Shown piece by piece: positions 62,645 to 64,000 of a DNA stretch of 64,000 bases. The first letter of the stretch is position 1; the number at the start of each line of letters is the position of its first letter. The stretch is from Gemmatimonadales bacterium. GTDB lineage: Bacteria > Gemmatimonadota > Gemmatimonadetes > Gemmatimonadales > GWC2-71-9. The notes beneath the pieces were generated by a model. The model was not told the origin of the DNA. It saw only the letters and a list, made by a program, of their open reading frames with translations, and did not search any database. The position numbers and the translations under genes are program-made. Location: the NCBI GenBank assembly GCA_036505055.1, contig DASXUE010000021.1, positions 42,467 to 106,466 of the forward strand. Direction: 5' to 3'.

Positions 62645-63628
62645 TCAGCTCCTGTACCCGCGCGGGTGGGCGCGGTGCCAACGCCACGCGCTCTCGACGA
62701 TCTCCTCCAAGCCCGAGCGCCGCGGGCGCCATCCCAGGACCGCGGCCGCGCGCTGCGCGGCCGCCACAAGCTCCGGCGGATCGCCGGGCCGACGCGGCGC
62801 GTCCGTTGTCGGGATCGGGTGGCCCGTGACGCGCCGAGCCATGGCGACGACCTGCCGGACCGAGCTCCCCTGGCCGGTCCCGAGGTTCAAGGCGACCGCG
62901 CCGTCGGGCGGCACGTCGAGCGCGCGCACGTGGGCGTCGGCGAGATCCTCGACGTGGATGTAGTCGCGCACCGCGGTTCCGTCGGGCGTCGGATAGTCGG
63001 TGCCGAACACGGCCACGGCGGGCCGCTGGTCCAGCGCCACCGCTAGAACGTTGGGCAGGAGGTGGCTCTCAGGATCGTGGTCCTCGCCATGCCGCTCGTC
63101 CGCCCCGGCGGCATTGAAGTACCGCAGGCTCACGGAGGAGAGTCCGTGCCCCGCGGCGTACTCGGCGAGCACGCGCTCGAACTCGAGCTTGGTCTCGCCG
63201 TACGGGCTCACGGGGGCCGTGGGCGTGGCTTCGTCGATCGGTACGGCTGCGGGATGCCCGTACACCGTGCAGGAGGACGAGAAGATGAAACGGCGCAGGC
63301 CGGCGGCCACCGCGGCGTCCAGCAGGACGCGGGCGGCCGAGACGTTGTTGGCGCGATACTTCTCCGGGTTCGCGACCGACTCCGCCACCAGCGCGAATGC
63401 GGCCATGTGCACGATGGCGTCCACGGGATGTTGGACGAAGAGGCCGGTGAGCAGGGCGCGATCGCCGATGTCGCCCTGCACGAACGTCGCGCCAGCGGGG
63501 ACGGCCTGCCGATGCCCGGTGCTGAGGTTGTCGAGCACGACGACGTCATGCCCGCGCTCGAGCAGCTGGTCGGCGACCACGCTGCCGATGTACCCGGCCC
63601 CGCCCGTGACGAGGACGCGGGCGGTCAC
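62645..63628 (-). CDS. galE: UDP-glucose 4-epimerase
   Basis: GTG 63628 (GTGA overlap with hemA). VLVTGGAGYIGS motif, the YGETK active-site region, and a DYIHVEDLA motif. Confidence 0.9.
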   Translation of the reverse strand: MTARVLVTGGAGYIGSVVADQLLERGHDVVVLDNLSTGHRQAVPAGATFVQGDIGDRALLTGLFVQHPVDAIVHMAAFALVAESVANPEKYRANNVSAARVLLDAAVAAGLRRFIFSSSCTVYGHPAAVPIDEATPTAPVSPYGETKLEFERVLAEYAAGHGLSSVSLRYFNAAGADERHGEDHDPESHLLPNVLAVALDQRPAVAVFGTDYPTPDGTAVRDYIHVEDLADAHVRALDVPPDGAVALNLGTGQGSSVRQVVAMARRVTGHPIPTTDAPRRPGDPPELVAAAQRAAAVLGWRPRRSGLEEIVESAWRWHRAHPRGYRS

Positions 63629-64000
63629 CGGGGCGACTCGAGGCCGAACAAGCGGCGCAGGGCCTCGAGCAGACCGTAGCCACGTCCCTGCTCCGCTGCT
63701 TCCTTGAGGGCGCGTGTGGGCTGGTGCAGGAACTTGTTGAGCAGGGCATGGCTGAACTGCTCCACGCGCGCGCGGTCCTCGGGAGACAGGTGGCCGAGCT
63801 GGCGCATCGCGCGCTCGAGCTCGGCAGCCCGCACTTGCTCGAGCTGCCCGCGGAAGGCTTTGATCACCGGGACCACGCCGAGCCCTCCGTACCACGCCCA
63901 GAAGAGATCGGTTTCCTCCTCCACGATGCGCTCGGCAGCGGGCACTTCCTCGCGCCGGCGGGCCGTGGCTTGCGCGGCGACGGTCTGCAGGTCGTCGATG
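63625..64000 (-). CDS. hemA: glutamyl-tRNA reductase, C-terminal part (gene continues beyond window)
   Basis: The frame is open to nt 64000. The tail ...IKAFRGQLEQVRAAELERAMRQLGHLSPEDRARVEQFSHALLNKFLHQPT... is typical of the HemA dimerisation domain. Confidence 0.8.
   Translation of the reverse strand, partial: IDDLQTVAAQATARRREEVPAAERIVEEETDLFWAWYGGLGVVPVIKAFRGQLEQVRAAELERAMRQLGHLSPEDRARVEQFSHALLNKFLHQPTRALKEAAEQGRGYGLLEALRRLFGLESPR

Overview
Very GC-rich window (about 70% by eye), densely coding with about 58 genes. It comes from a diderm bacterium, since Tol-Pal, an LptD-like barrel, Tat and many lipobox proteins are present. The gene content fits a Gemmatimonadota/FCB-type lineage, but that cannot be proven from this sequence. 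Layout: (i) 1-14.4 kb is an accessory cell-surface/EPS island. It holds a glycosyltransferase tail, AsnB, a membrane-anchored epimerase, three paralogous beta-helix proteins (one a 1458-aa protein with 11 Big_2 domains) and two paralogous lipoproteins. (ii) 14.4-23.9 kb is a long minus-strand operon with 1-4 nt stop/start overlaps: alaS, hypothetical, GGGP-synthase homolog, gmhA, SDR, acpS, cca, ZIP, rarA, LEA-like. (iii) 23.9-31.2 kb is an EPS-modification-like cluster: FemAB/GNAT-like, acyl-CoA ligase, NadE-like, AsnB, ACP, AKR. (iv) The remainder is housekeeping: recX-recA, yraN, ftsK, comB, accC-pilT-accB, pepP, aroQ, TPR proteins, ppiD-like, two tatA, ispB-like, hutIUH, then hemA-galE-tolQRA-tolB-pal-cpoB and a tatC::lptD-like fusion. 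No rRNA, tRNA, CRISPR, transposase or prophage genes were seen. Most unusual signals: (1) Short tandem oligomer arrays occur in four unit families (GCGGGAT, CGGGAAA, GGGGGAC, GGCGTCTT). All are stop-free in six frames, and they are mostly arranged as inverted pairs. They are embedded in frame in rarA, alaS, ftsK, accB and an SDR gene. One pair bounds a low-GC cassette carrying a four-helix-bundle (Avd/23S-IVS family) gene. (2) A tandemly duplicated 166-nt structured leader ends in a terminator hairpin plus U8 directly upstream of the giant Big_2 gene. It is a candidate tandem riboswitch/attenuator with a GEMM-like core. (3) TatC is fused in frame to an LptD-like domain. (4) An in-frame TGA followed by a hairpin lies inside cca.
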